Source: Octopus sinensis
Taxonomy: Eukaryota
Direction: 5' to 3'
Assembly (NCBI RefSeq): GCF_006345805.1
Contig: NC_042998.1
Span: forward strand, 89,652,001-89,716,000
Length of the DNA stretch: 64,000 nt
Part shown: in pieces, positions 12,649 to 26,065 of the stretch
Numbering within the stretch: position 1 is the first letter of the stretch
How the letters are laid out: each line of letters opens with the position of its first letter
Made by a program: the position numbers and the translations under genes
The notes under the pieces: model-generated
The model's database searches: none
The model's input: the letters and a program-made list of their open reading frames with translations, nothing else
Told to the model about the DNA's origin: nothing

Positions 12649-13451
12649 GATCTGCAACTTTACAGAACCGATAAATGAACCTTGATAATTCGGTGGAAAC
12701 GGTTCACTTTCACGATCACTTTCATTGTAAATATTAGTTTTCCACCCAAGAAAGAAATCAATATTTCCTGATTCAAATTAAATCACATTCACGTACGTAA
12801 TGTCATTAAATCCTATTTCTTCTCCCCAATGAATTAAAGGATTTGAGTCTTCTACAAACTATTACTATTGTTTTCATTCTTTTTTATTTATTTTTCCTTT
12901 TTTCTTGTTTTCTCTTGTTCTTTTTACACACACTTATACGCATAAATGGAACTGTGTCTGGTAATTCAATAAGTTATCTAAGGGAGTAATCACGATGAAA
13001 ATAAAAACCTTTACATATTCCACGTGTGAGGTATGAACATTCTCGAATATTCTCTTCAATAATATCTGCTTTACGAAGTCAGTCGCATGATACGTATTAT
13101 GTATTTTTATCCAAGCACACAAAGAAGAAGACTCATTTCTCTGTGAAATGGAATATACATAAAATGTCGAGATATTTTGTAAATATTTGTTTGTGTGGCA
13201 TTCCCCATCTTTTAGAAACTGTTTTGGGAAGTAAAAGCGATAAAACGTGCAACAGTCATACCTGAAATTCTATTTTAAGCATGGCAAATGACTGATATTC
13301 CCTTATATTTTTTCTACCTTTTAGCTAACAGGATACGCTTGCTGTTCGGTTGTGCTTTGGTATGTCATGAAATGTGTTTCCAGAAAATTAAACTTAAGGG
13401 TTTCAAACTTGTGTCTGCAGTACTTGTATTTATGATGCGCAAACAGTTTTA

Positions 13452-13792
13452 CCATATTTGATGGCCTATAAGACGAACCTTTTATTACCCTAAAATGGCT
13501 TAACACCCACCTTCTGCATCCAAGGCGCTCAATGTAGGCTCAAAACTCGCTCAGAACAGTATGTATGTTTACAAAACGTGTGCTGCCATCGATTGGTGAA
13601 CAATCGCCTACGGTATGTTTATATCGAACGTGGATGCAATAAATTGCTTATAGTTACCGGTAATAACATAAAGTTATACAGGTAAGTGGAGGAATTAAAA
13701 CATTATTTTAGTGGTAATTTATTTTACAAAAGTATAGCCTCGGCTAGGGGGCATCCTATGCACTTGTGCGTCTTATAGGCCATCAAATACGA
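13452..13792. mobile_element. MITE (non-autonomous Tc1/mariner/pogo-superfamily element), 341 bp
   Basis: 24-bp terminal inverted repeats CCATATTTGATGGCCTATAAGACG (13452-13475) and CGTCTTATAGGCCATCAAATACGA (13769-13792), 22/24 complementary. TA at 13450-13451 and 13793-13794; no ORF. Confidence 0.8.
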
Positions 13793-13964
13793 TAGTTAGT
13801 GATGTTTAGATTAGTTCCTACGTCGAAAAGACAAATCTAATATCCGAAACTAACTGATACTTCATCTTTGAGAAATAAAGTGTAGTGCATCTGAGCATTG
13901 TATACAATAAGTTTATTGTTATTTTATATTTGGATCTATTCCATCACAATCATCACAGATTTTT

Positions 13965-14120
13965 TAATTAATGTTTCAAACTAAACTTTTTGAAACTTCG
14001 AATACTAGTAGAATTTCTCACGTAGAACACGGTTTACTTTGAACGATTTTGATAATTCGTGTTAAAGTTGTCGTATTTGGGTAATTTCAACCAATCAACG
14101 ATCTGTATTCGGCTGAAGAA
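13965..14120 (-). repeat. Second copy of the 4880-5045 repeat
   Basis: Reverse-complement homology to 4880-5045. Confidence 0.7.
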
Positions 14121-14252
14121 AGCTACTGGCGGCCTTCACTCAATCGGTGAAATCATGATATACTACGGCAAATATCATAGATAAAACTAAAATAATATAT
14201 ATGCGTGTCTAAATACACACACATATATGTATATATATGCGTGTCTAAATAT

Positions 14253-14306
<54 letters not shown>

Positions 14307-14645
14307 GTGCATTAAATACATGTACACACACATGCGCAGGAAAATTCTGGTTACCGGCAGCAATGCGCCTGTTTTTAATTTAATGATAGTAGTTGGAGTT
14401 GTGGTGATCTCCGAGTCAGCTGTTTTCGAGCGAAGGTATGATGAAAGGCATTCCAGCTGAGTCCATCCTGCCTTTTTTCTTCGGACACTGTTTGTTTTGA
14501 GTTCAATACTGTAGCATTAAAATATAAAATATATATAAAAAAAACATTGCAGAACTATCAAGTAAATTCATATGTCAGGTGTCACAACATTAGCTAATGA
14601 AAACGAGCTAAAGTGAGCTTCAGCATTGTCGCACCACTTGATTAG

Positions 14646-14661
14646 AGCAGCAGCAGCAGCA

Positions 14662-14693
<32 letters not shown>

Positions 14694-14697
14694 TGCC

Positions 14698-14767
<70 letters not shown>

Positions 14768-14800
14768 CAGTAGCAGCAGCAGCAGCAGTAGTAGTAGTAA
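14646..14800. repeat. Compound trinucleotide array (GCA)n(GTC)n(GTA)n(GCA)n
   Basis: Directly visible. Confidence 0.97.
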
Positions 14801-15565
14801 TTGGCGATGATTGTGGGAATGATAGTTCACTCTCAGTCAATTTGGTTTCACAAAACTAACGTTATGGGATTACGTAATGAAATGAAAATTCCATTCAACT
14901 TTTACATCTAATTGTGTTGATATGCTGTCTCTATAGTATTACACACTCTCCTAAAGATTAAGAGTTTCGAAGCATAGGAACCGTAATATTGATAAGGAAG
15001 ACTTCACTGCTAATTTAACTATGTCGTTGTAACGCTAGACATTATTATCTTGCTAAACAAGAACAACTAGTACTATTAGTATTGACACCATGTCATTTTG
15101 TTTTATTCTGTACAACTGAACCTAAGGCAACGTTCGCCAGTTAATGACGCTTCTCTTTTGCTTCCTTGATTCATTTTAATATTACTCCAACCATTCGTCA
15201 TAAAATGACGTCTATATAATCATTATTTTCCCGATTGTAATTAATAAATTATTCCTATATTTTCAAGCAAATTCAAGTTTATATGTAAAGGAATTAGTAT
15301 TTATGACATCTAGATAGTATAAGTGATGTAAGTGAAGTAATTCTAAAATGTATTCCAAACTAAGGTCTGATTATCTCGACATGCTTTCGTAGTCCCTAGT
15401 AATATCAAGGAGTGAAGTGGTTATAACTTAGAGAACCGAGATGGATGCTTGATTGTAAATAATTTAATATCACTCGATCCTGAATTCTTCGAATCTAACA
15501 AGGTCACTTTTTCTTGACAGCCAAACGGAATAGGCAATGTCAAAGATCATGCCTATATACTTTTG

Positions 15566-15567
<2 letters not shown>

Positions 15568-15638
<71 letters not shown>

Positions 15639-15676
15639 GTGTGTGTGTGTGTGTGTGCGTGTGTGTGTGTGTGTGC
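15568..15676. repeat. (TG)n microsatellite
   Basis: Directly visible. Confidence 0.98.
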
Positions 15677-17330
15677 TTATCAAGACAGACCACCTAGCTG
15701 GAACTAGTGATTGCCCCTCTCTCTTATCTTCTTTGCAGATGTTCCATATTGCTCATCTGGACTATACGACCACGAAATTTCTAGTAGAGTACGTTACCTC
15801 CTCATATTGTACTAGTAATACAGTTCTTTCAGTGCAATCAGTTATAAGAAGCTGTGAACTATAAAAGATATATATAGGAGGTAAAAAGTAACATCCCCAC
15901 GAGGGTGTCATAAAAGATAAAATATTACACTTTCTGCATTATATGCCTATATTTGAACACCCCTGTATTAATGAATCGTGATCGCTTATATTCACTTAAA
16001 TTAAATGGAACTGATCCTAAAAACTATGACAGGTGATTTCATAAATACGCTCTATTAGAAAGAGTATCTCTTTACGAATGTCAAACTAAACACTTAGGAC
16101 ATTTTAAGTTTCCTTTGCAATTTTAACTCAAGATCAAAACATTTATAACATAATGTTATTGATTGTTAATTATTGCTTTGACAAGATTCCGAATCAGGTA
16201 AAACTGTTGTCGCCTACTTTAAGGCAATCTAAGATGGATATAAGTATTTTATTTCAATTGGTTTTTATTTGAAGGACTGCATATGTATTAAAACGTGTAT
16301 ATATGAATATTCATTGTTATTAGCTGTCTCTCACTAAAGTCTCTTTATTGTTTCTTTGTATGCGTCTGGTGTTTGTGTGTGTGTCCTTCAACATATCCGT
16401 CACATTTCAATGATTTCATCAACTTTTTCACCAAACTAAACTAAGTCTTCCCCCTGGCTACATACTTACTCTTTTGTGGTAATCTTGTTCATAAACATGG
16501 ATTGATAATCATTTATAATGATACTGAATAGTGAGTGTCGAACAGGCGAACCGTGGCTGCAAAAGATTTTTTATTCCTACGCATTACTTTTTCCTTTCAC
16601 CTTACGCACTTCCATTGATCTACTGATGTCGTTAGGAAAGGAATTAATATAACAGCATGCTCTTTATTTAATCCTAAGTCAAAAAGATTGTTTAGAACAG
16701 ACTAATTCGTCTATAAATTACTTTAATCAACAAAGTTTACTACTCATTACAAGCAGCAAGTCTACATTCTTGAATATTAGACTCCATCTCTGCGTCTAAT
16801 CACGCTCTCCCGTCGTAAATAAGAAAAGGACACACTATATAATGTAGTCCTGCATATCCTTAAAAAGATAGAATGGTCACAACTGGAGAGCCTTTAATTA
16901 TAGGTCATTTATAATTGGGATTCAACGTGCGCTAAACAACTAGCATATAAGTACCATGTTTCTGCAATGACGATAATCATGATATTGGTGTAGTGGGTGG
17001 GGGTGAAAATAATGCTGATGGCGGTAATATTGTATATATTTTAAGGAATATCATTTATTCTACAAAATAGATCTGTAAGTTAGTATCATTAAAAGCCTAT
17101 TTTCGTAACATATCAAGCTGATTTAATAAACGACGCCATCACCAACATTTCCACAACAACAGCAGCAATACTTATACAACACCAGATGAATTATTTTACA
17201 GATAAAATTGCCATAACAAATTGGGATTTGGTACACTTACCCGATCCAATGATAAAAATAAAATGATAGCGTCCTGTATCAGTTACTATGTGTAGAACGC
17301 AGTATAGTAGCAATCATGCCCGTCTAAGAA

Positions 17331-17452
17331 TTAGGTAGTGGGTGTAAAAGTTGAAGATGAAGAGAAGGGGGGAGGAGAAAGAGGATTTCCTCTGCATTGG
17401 TGTTGATGAAAGTGATTTTGAGGTGTTGAAGGTGATTGGACTCCTGGCGATC
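17331..17452 (-). CDS. Candidate terminal coding exon of an unidentified host gene
   Basis: Acceptor TTTCTTTAACCAG, phase 1, (G)SPGVQSPSTPQNHFHQHQCRGNPLSPPPFSSSSTFTPTT*. Phase-compatible with 20012-20111. Could also be non-coding low-complexity DNA. Confidence 0.3.
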
Positions 17453-17609
17453 CTGGTTAAAGAAATGCTAAGATGGTATTTGTATTTGACCCACGAACAA
17501 TTAATACATTATTGCGTCACAAGAAAATTATAACTGCACTATTTTTGGTTTCACTAATATAAACTAGTCTATGCTGTGATCAAAGTTATTTCTTTTGTAC
17601 TTGATTAGT

Positions 17610-18400
17610 TGGGTTTTTTGTAAATTTAGCGAGGCAAGATTACTGAGTCTGTCTTAATCTATAGAAGCTCTCAAATACACGACTGAAAGTGTTAACTTGT
17701 TGAGTGATCTCTCACAGCTGGCGATAGAAACTACTATTATCGGAATAACGATATGGAGTTTAGGTGAAGCGATCTCATATACGCACGGAGCAATAAATTC
17801 AGGAAGTTCTTCAAGTCTTCATATTTTCATAGTGATTCATCTTGATAGCACCACTCTGCCATCTAACATTTCTTCGTATTATTGCTTTCTCCCACACTTC
17901 TTTGAATTGTTATTGTCTGCGCCATAATAACATTTCTAGTGATTAAGAAGGAACCCTAACTTGACACCCAAAAGAAGAGGTCTGCAGTCTGTTTCTTTGT
18001 AAAGGCTCTTTGCAAATAGCTATCATCACTGCGCCTCTCTAATTCTCACGAGGTATTCGTTTCTTTAGTCTTTAATGTCTTTCAACTTTAACATTCTATT
18101 TCTGATGAAGACCAAGGTTTTCTTCAAGTGAGTAACTGGCCATTTCTTTTTCATTGATCGTGCTACAAATTTCTAACCAAGGGAAGAATAGCTTCTCTTT
18201 TGACTGCACTCTATACAAATAAATACTTTGTTTCAAAACCCTATCAAAGCCAAGAAATGATACTGCCTTGCTTCACATTTTTTTCACTGGCCTCATTTTC
18301 ATTGCGCAACATATCGAAATAAATTTTAAGTAGATCCTCAATATACCTGCTGATGAGCTTCATTGCTTCCACCCTTTGCACACCATCTGGTTTGGGACTC
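17610..18400 (-). pseudogene. Degraded hAT transposase fragment (C-terminal dimerization domain)
   Basis: Minus-strand translation VVSIASCERSLNKLTLSVVYLRASID*DRLSNLASLNL matches the hAT dimerization consensus (SVASCERSFSKLKLIKxYLRSxMxQxRLSNLA). Upstream extent is approximate. Confidence 0.7.
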
Positions 18401-19405
18401 TGAGATAGGAACCACAAGCACGTTTTCTTTATTTATTTTTGTTCTATTTATTTATTTTTTATATTATTTATTTTATTTATTTATTTGAGGGTGTGAAGGA
18501 GAAAGTCTCATACAGAACTTCAATGTCCTACAATACGAATGACCACCCACCAAGCTGAGTGAGCAATCGTCACAATTCACAAACACTATATCTAGCCGTC
18601 ACAACACTATCGTACAACTTTGACCGGAACTCCATTTCTTCATACACTAGCTGTTTTAAAACGCTTTCAACTAAGGTCCCATAATCTTTCAGACTTAGCT
18701 GAACAAAACAAGAAAGGACACTGAAACAACAGCTTTCGTCCCGCTACATATGACATTTGTAAATATTGATGTCATCCAAGAGTGGAGACGAGTATACGAT
18801 CACAGTAATTGGCTTTACGAAGACTTTTTAGTGAAATCTGATGATAGTAGGTGCCATCGTGTATTTCGGTTATTTTACTATCAAATGTGTGCTTTTGGTA
18901 GTCAAACACCCAAGTTTATTAGGAAGACAAGTCTGAAATGGCATACCAGGTGAGTTCAGACTGTTATAAAATGCGTTGGAGCAATTCACAGTTCTCACTG
19001 GATCTAAATTACTGCAAATAGGCATATAAAATAGTTCATCTCAGAAAGACAGGTGAAATTTTATTCATTATCCATGTTAACAGGCTGACAGGCATATGCA
19101 CGTTTTGTTCATTCACAGAGTCATTGGTGACTGTGATAGTTGTTGTGGAAGTTGCGAAAGACTTAAATCCTTAAGTGATCAGCATATAATGCCTAAGAGC
19201 TTATTTTATAACTTTTTCAAGTTATAAAAGATTTCATAGCTATGTGAACTACGTCCTACGTAAACATGAACGCACACACAAGCACACACTCTCTCTCACA
19301 CACACATACACACAAACGTATATATATGTGTATATATATATACACTCACTCATTCACGTCATACATTGAAAATACGTTAAATATTAAATTTCTTTAATGC
19401 GTGTG

Positions 19406-19458
<53 letters not shown>

Positions 19459-20011
19459 TATATACCTATATATATGTATACCTACATACATATATATATA
19501 TATATATATATACATTCATATATATATGTCACACATACATGAAAGAAATTTCGTATGCAATTTCATCTTATATATATTGATGGCATAAACGGCAAAACAA
19601 CAGATAAAAGGATACAAAATGTAAAACTTTTAGAATAGGTCATAAACAAAGCCGTTCCCTGTTCTGTAAATATTTGAAATCCATTTCTGTATCGATACAT
19701 TAGATAGAAACATTTTTCCAGCATCCTTGTCGAATTTCAGAAGTTCCACTTTTCAGAGCTTGGAGAGTAGCAAAGAGGTAAGGAAACCTCAGTTCTATGA
19801 AGTATTGCGTCAAATTTCGATAGTCAATGATAGTTTGATGTGTTATATCATATGTTAGTGTTGAATCGGTGTCATGTTAAACACAGCAGTCTTGGTGTAC
19901 AGTATGATTCCTTTAATAGGTAGCCTATATGGTGAAAGTAAATTTGTGTCTGTTTCAGGCTGGCTTTGATAGCTGCACACAGTGTTTCTTGGACCAGATA
20001 ATTCTCTTTAC

Positions 20012-20111
20012 CTGCATACCATAGAGAATCAATATAGTTTAAAAGGTTACTTTGCGATCTCAAATCGAGTAAAACTAGCTGCTGTTGAGACATTTTGAGT
20101 TTCCATAACAC
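20012..20111 (-). CDS. Candidate internal coding exon (phase 0 to 1)
   Basis: Acceptor TTGACACTATTCAG, donor GTAAAG, open reading VLWKLKMSQQQLVLLDLRSQSNLLNYIDSLWYA. No homolog recognised. Confidence 0.3.
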
Positions 20112-20279
20112 CTGAATAGTGTCAAGAACTGGTATTTTCTATACAACGACGTATTCAAGCAATTACTAAAATCAAAAGAACTCCAGCCAAGTACTGACAG
20201 CCCTTTCATAGACATTTTACAATTTTTTATCAACTTTACTGTGATGATATATATTTGAATTTGCAGATATTACATTCTA

Positions 20280-21504
20280 TAAGGTTGTCAAGAAAGCTCT
20301 TGCGGTTTTTAACCTTTAAATTCAGATGCACATATCTCGGCTCAAACAAAACTTTATTACTCGAAATAAACACCACCAGAATCAACACACTTTTGACAAC
20401 GCGAAGCAAGTTTATTTATGCCAGTAGCGTAAAAATCCTGCGTTCTGGTAGCGATGAAGTCGTTGAAGGCATGTTTAGCATCGTCTTGGTTTTTTAAGCA
20501 TTTCTCACGCAGGAAGTTGTAGAGATGCTTGAAAAAGTGGTAATCGGTAGGCGAGAGTTCAGGTGAGTATGGCGGATGAGGCAGAGTTTCGTAGCCCAAA
20601 TCGTTCAACTTCTGCGTTGTCGTGGAGAAGAATTGGCCCTTTTCTATTGACCAATGCTGGCTGTTGTTGTCGGAGTTTCTTATACTGACAGTACTTCTCC
20701 GCCGTAATAGTTTCGCCTGGATCCAAAAAGCTGTGATTGATGAGACCGACCGCAGACCACCAAACAGTCACCATGACCTTCTTTTAGTACAACTTTGGCT
20801 TCGGAAAGTGCCGTGGAGCTTAGTCGGCGTCCAACCACTGAGGTGAGCGTCGCCGGTTGTCGCAAGTCACAATCCGGTCGAGAAACGAGTTGTTTTTGTT
20901 GCGTAAAAGAAGGGAAGACGACACTTGAACACAGCGGGGTTTTTTTTGGGTTTTTTTGTGTCGTTCAATTCGTGCGGCACTATTTCTCAAGTATTTTTGT
21001 TTTTCCAATCTCTTTCAAGTGGTTGGAAATTGTCGTATACGTTATGTCTAATTCAGAAGTAAGCTTTCGAACAGTTGTGCGTGGATTGGCTTCGGCTTAG
21101 TTGATTGTTGTCAACATCCGATGGCCGACCACTACGCTTATCATTTTCAAGACTCTCGTCACCACTACGAATTTTCTTGAACTACCTTTGTGCTCTACGT
21201 TCATTGGTAGTTCCTGGACAAACGTATCATTGACATCGCGAGCTGTTTCAGCAGCTTTTCGGCCTAGCTTGAACTGGAATAAGAAAATTGTGCGAATTTG
21301 CTTTTTGTCCATGTTGTATTCAACGTTCCGGAAAAAATGGCCTAATTATTCAAAAAGAAAAAATAAAGTAACACGATTAGATAGCGCGAAAAACGGGCTT
21401 TAAAATTATATATAAAGTCAAAGTAATTTAACAAAAATTAATTTGAAAATACATAATTTAAAACCAAAATTTTAAATTCCGCAAGAACTTTCTTGACAAC
21501 CTAA
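20280..21504 (-). mobile_element. Full-length mariner transposon (Hsmar1/SETMAR-like transposase), frameshifted
   Basis: 26-bp TIRs TAAGGTTGTCAAGAAAGCTCTTGCGG and reverse complement TTAGGTTGTCAAGAAAGTTCTTGCGG (24/26). TA at 20278-20279 and 21505-21506. ORF pieces MDKKQIRTIFLFQFKLGRKAAETAR, FLDRIVTCD, MVTVWWSAVG, ILLHDNA, LPHPPYSPELSPTDYHFFKHL. Confidence 0.95.
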
Positions 21505-22299
21505 TAATTTTGAGATAAAGGATGTTTAATGATACTTACATCAGCAAACTGTATCAACAAAATACTGAATGAGGTCTCAAAATTAAATATCTGACTAGAA
21601 TAACAATTTAAGTTGAAATGATCGCCAAAACTCTTTGAAGTTAGTAGCCCCTAGCATAACCGCAGTCCGATGACTTAAATCCATGACAGCCAAAATCTTT
21701 AATGTAAATGCTATCAAACATTACACCAATCTAAACACATTTGAGACACAAGTGTAATGTTATATAAATGCAATATCGAAGTTAAATTAAAACTATTTAT
21801 TATCTTTATACTTCCAAATGTTGTAAACTACCGCTGAACGTTGAATTATCAGTGAAAAGGTCAACGTTCTTTCGTAGTCCATAGAAAGAAAAAATATTCT
21901 GTTAGTCTCCTTTATAGGCATTCTGAAAGCTATTTATCTATTTATTTACTCAGTAGTTTGTGTCTTTTACGGATTGTTGCATAGAATAACATCAATTTGG
22001 GTGTGTGATCATAATAAAGTTTATAAAGTGTGTTATCAATAGGAAATCGGTGATGAAAGTATCCGTCTTCTCGTCTTTATCTCTCTCTGTCTTTGTCTCT
22101 CACTTTCTTACTTTTTTTCTTTCAGTCACGTAATTTTTCATATGTACGAACATATACATACATATGTTGCTATAAAAGAAAAATTGCAACAATGTCCTTG
22201 ACCGAGATGGCAGGCCATTTAGATATTTGTGACTGGTCACATAGGAGAAGTTCATAAAATAAATTAAATATGTTTAAGATACTGAATTAACAAACATAC

Positions 22300-22420
22300 C
22301 CTGGGGAGATGTTTCTTTTTTAATGGTTTTGCTATGCGCTCTGCGTCTCTTGTGCATTGATATGCAGCATACGAATTTTGAAAGGCAGTAATAAACATTC
22401 GTTTATACCAGAAAAATTTG
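22300..22420 (-). CDS. Candidate internal coding exon (phase 2 to 0)
   Basis: Acceptor TGTGTTTACAG, donor GTATGT, open reading KFFWYKRMFITAFQNSYAAYQCTRDAERIAKPLKKKHLPR. No homolog recognised. Confidence 0.35.
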
Positions 22421-22529
22421 CTGTAAACACATGGGTGGGAGATAATCAAAGATAAATCTTTCGACTTAATTCATTTCATCGAAAAGATTTTTAATAAGTA
22501 AAAACAGATAAACATAGATCGTGCAGCAA

Positions 22530-22684
22530 ATATATGTGGGTGTGTGTGTAGGTGTCTGTGTGCATGTATATATGTGCGAATACGTATATGTGCGTGCGTA
22601 TATATATGTACGTGTTTATATGTAGTATATATATATATGCATTACGTGTGCGTGTATGTATATATATGTACGTGTATATATGTA

Positions 22685-22734
<50 letters not shown>

Positions 22735-22927
22735 ACATGTATATATGTATGCATATATGTATGTATGCGTGTATATATGTGTGTGTGATTGAATTAATAA
22801 AAGGTGGGTTTTTTCTAATTTATATATATATATTATATTTTGTGAAATTTTGTTCAGTATTTCTAAATGAATTTTTCCCTGTAAGTTTGGAATAATAGTC
22901 CCTCATATTATTATTATTATATGTGTG

Positions 22928-22974
<47 letters not shown>

Positions 22975-23026
22975 CATACATATATACATGCATATATATA
23001 TATATATATATGTATACATATATACA

Positions 23027-23065
<39 letters not shown>

Positions 23066-23110
23066 TATATATATAAACAAACATACATACATGTGTCTGT
23101 GTGTGTGAGT
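22530..23110. repeat. Degenerate (TA)n/(TG)n/(TATG)n microsatellite region
   Basis: Directly visible, with a short unique interruption. Confidence 0.95.
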
Positions 23111-24007
23111 GCACATATACATATGTACTGCTGGCTTTTTTTTGTTTTGTCATTTTAATTACCCGCATTAATTTCCATAGTTTAAAAATGGCAGGAAAGC
23201 CATAACTAAATGACACATGTATTTTGAGTTTTTCTGATTATCACAAGTTTTGCCGGTATTACTTATAGAAAAGTGTGCAATTGGCGCTTACTTTTTATTG
23301 TATTAGCTTGCATTGACTGACAAGCTCTCTCGTCATAAATACAAATTTGTTGCAAGTTTCACTCAGTTGTTTATGGCGATAACACCTGAATCTTGAATTT
23401 TGGCCAATATTTTATGTTATATTGACAGGCACAAAGGCCCTTTTAAGGAATGCATACATGTGGCGCTTACGTAACTCTAGAGAACATTGCTTAAAACAGA
23501 AATTGAAACTATATCGTATCACAGTAAACTGGAAATTTATTTCTAGTCTTTTCGTATTAACAACTAAACTCGATCTTTCGTTCATATTATTTCTTGATAA
23601 AGGATAGATTATCAACAATGCAGTTACGTATTAAATGTGTTTTGGTATGTAATGTCATCCTTTTGTGCTCTCAGTTCAAATCTCGCTAAGCTCAACTTTT
23701 TCTTTCCCGAGTAATCAAATGGGCGCTAAACCTGCACTACGGTTGTTTAAAATGAACCAAATAATGATAGAAACTACTTATAGCTTCATTGTCCATGTAA
23801 ATGCCCTTCAATAAATTTATATTATTATACGCAATTCCGGAAATGGAAACATGTTTTCAGTTATTAAATTGAACTAACACATGTTTCTGGTTATTTTACG
23901 CAAAACATGAAACTAATAAATTATAACCGATTTGTTTTACGTAAAATGACTCCAATGTGCTGTTGGTATTAATTTTTATGGAAGGCACAGACACGTGCAT
24001 ATATTAC

Positions 24008-24082
<75 letters not shown>

Positions 24083-24084
<2 letters not shown>

Positions 24085-24378
24085 GCGTGGCTTAGTGGTT
24101 AGGGCAATCGGCTCACAGTCGTAAGGTCATGAGTTCAATTCCTGGCAATACGTCGTGTCCTTGATCAAGACACTTCATTTCACGTTGCTCCAGTCCACTC
24201 AGCTGGTAAAGATTAGTTGTACCTGTATTTCAAAAGGCCGGCTTTGTCCCACTGAGAACTACATTAAGGGTACACGTGTCTATGGAGTGTTCAGCCACTG
24301 GCACGTTAATTTCACGAGCAAACTGTTCCGTTGATCGTATCAGCTGGAACCTACGTCATCGTATCCGACGTAGTGTTC
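24083..24378 (+). mobile_element. tRNA-derived SINE family C
   Basis: GCGTGGCTTAGTGGTTAGGG (box A), GAGTTCAATTCC (box B), then GTGTCCTTGATCAAGACACTTCATTTCACGTTGCTCCAGTCCACTCAGCTG. Homologs at 29090-29320 and 42410-42660. Confidence 0.88.
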
Positions 24379-24379
24379 C

Positions 24380-24498
<119 letters not shown>

Positions 24499-24617
24499 TT
24501 ACGATGAAAGTAAACAAATATAGTTTGCTTTAGAAGCGTTCAGATGTAGTGAAAGATACAGAAATAATTTATTCTCGAACGCATGATAATGTTAATACAA
24601 TAAACTATTTATTGTAT

Positions 24618-24659
<42 letters not shown>

Positions 24660-24661
<2 letters not shown>

Positions 24662-25035
24662 CAGGAGTGGATGTGTGGTAAGAAGCTTGCTTCCCAACAT
24701 GATTCCAGGTTCAGTCCACTGCATGTTACGTTGGGCAAGTATTTTCTACTATTGCCTCGGGTCGACCAAACTTATGTGACGGAAACTGAAAGAAGTCTGT
24801 CATATATATATATATATATTTACATGTATGTATATGCATGTATGTATTTACGTGTCTGTGTTCTTCGCCCCACCATCGCTTGACAACCGATGTTGGTGTG
24901 TTTACGTCCCCGTACCTTAGCGGTCCGGCAAAAGAGACTGATAGAATAAATACTAGGTTTACAAAGAATAAGTCCTGTGGTCGATTTGTTCGACCAAAAG
25001 GCAGTGCTCCGGCATGGCCGCAGTCAAATAACTGA

Positions 25036-25040
<5 letters not shown>
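24660..25040 (+). mobile_element. SINE family A with internal deletion
   Basis: GCAGGAGTGGATGTGTGGTAAGAAGC head and GGCAGTGCTCCGGCATGGCCGCAGTCAAATAACTGAAAC tail. Confidence 0.88.
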
Positions 25041-25074
<34 letters not shown>

Positions 25075-25865
25075 CACACTATATATATAGATATATATAC
25101 ATATATATATATATACATACACTCACTATATATATATATATATATATATATAAATTCGTTAAAATCATAGTTGTTGTTCTGGGAATATTTACGTTTTTCT
25201 TTTCTTTCTGGCTTGCAGCTACTAACATAATGAGCATAAGAGACGAATAATGAGGAACAAACCACTCCAAGCTGACCACTCTATTAGTGCTACAAAATAG
25301 TAGGCGTCTCCTGCTTAATAGGTACAAGCATTTCCGTCGAGACTCAAGAAGGCAATAGCATAGCGTAGAATAGAATGAATATGTTATGTATAGTTAGATA
25401 TCGTGAGAAGGATGGGGATGAGGTGATAAGAGCTGAAGGAAGTAAATGGTATTAATAATAATTGAGAGAAAACAGATGATTTCATCGCTGGAAGTTGTTT
25501 TTTTTAATGCGTTGATAGCAATCTAAATCAACTTCAAACTTGTTGAGCGTGCGTTCAATCAAGCCAAGCACCATTATTTACAGATTCAACTATAAGACCA
25601 TTAGCATCACTGTCACTTCCATCCATCCGATACTCGATGACGTGTGTACTTCTATGCATAAAAGAAAAAAAGTGTATGGAGATATAGAAAACATACAGAA
25701 TGGACCTTCGGAATTAAAGTGAAATTTAAAAAGAAAGCGGTATAGTGATATTTCTATATTGATGTCTAGAGGATCATGATTAAAGATAAAACTCTGAAAC
25801 CATTACAAAATCCGACATACATACATACATGCGTGCAGACAGACATGCATGTACATGTATTTATT

Positions 25866-25903
25866 GTATGGACGTATGTATGCATGCATATGTGTATGTA
25901 TTA

Positions 25904-25934
<31 letters not shown>

Positions 25935-26065
25935 TGTATGTATGTATGTATGTATGTATGTATGTATGTATGTATGTATGTATGTATGTATGTATGTATG
26001 TATTAATGTATGTATGTATGTATGTATGTATGTATGTATGTATGTATGTATGTATGTATGCATTT
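25866..26065. repeat. (TATG)n microsatellite
   Basis: Directly visible. Confidence 0.97.

Noticed and set aside
15950-15967. TTTGAACACCCCTGTA, resembling one Tc1/mariner TIR
   Set aside because: No convincing partner TIR nearby.
24083-24150. tRNA-like sequence with A and B boxes
   Set aside because: It is the head of a SINE (continues into a repeated body); no complete cloverleaf.
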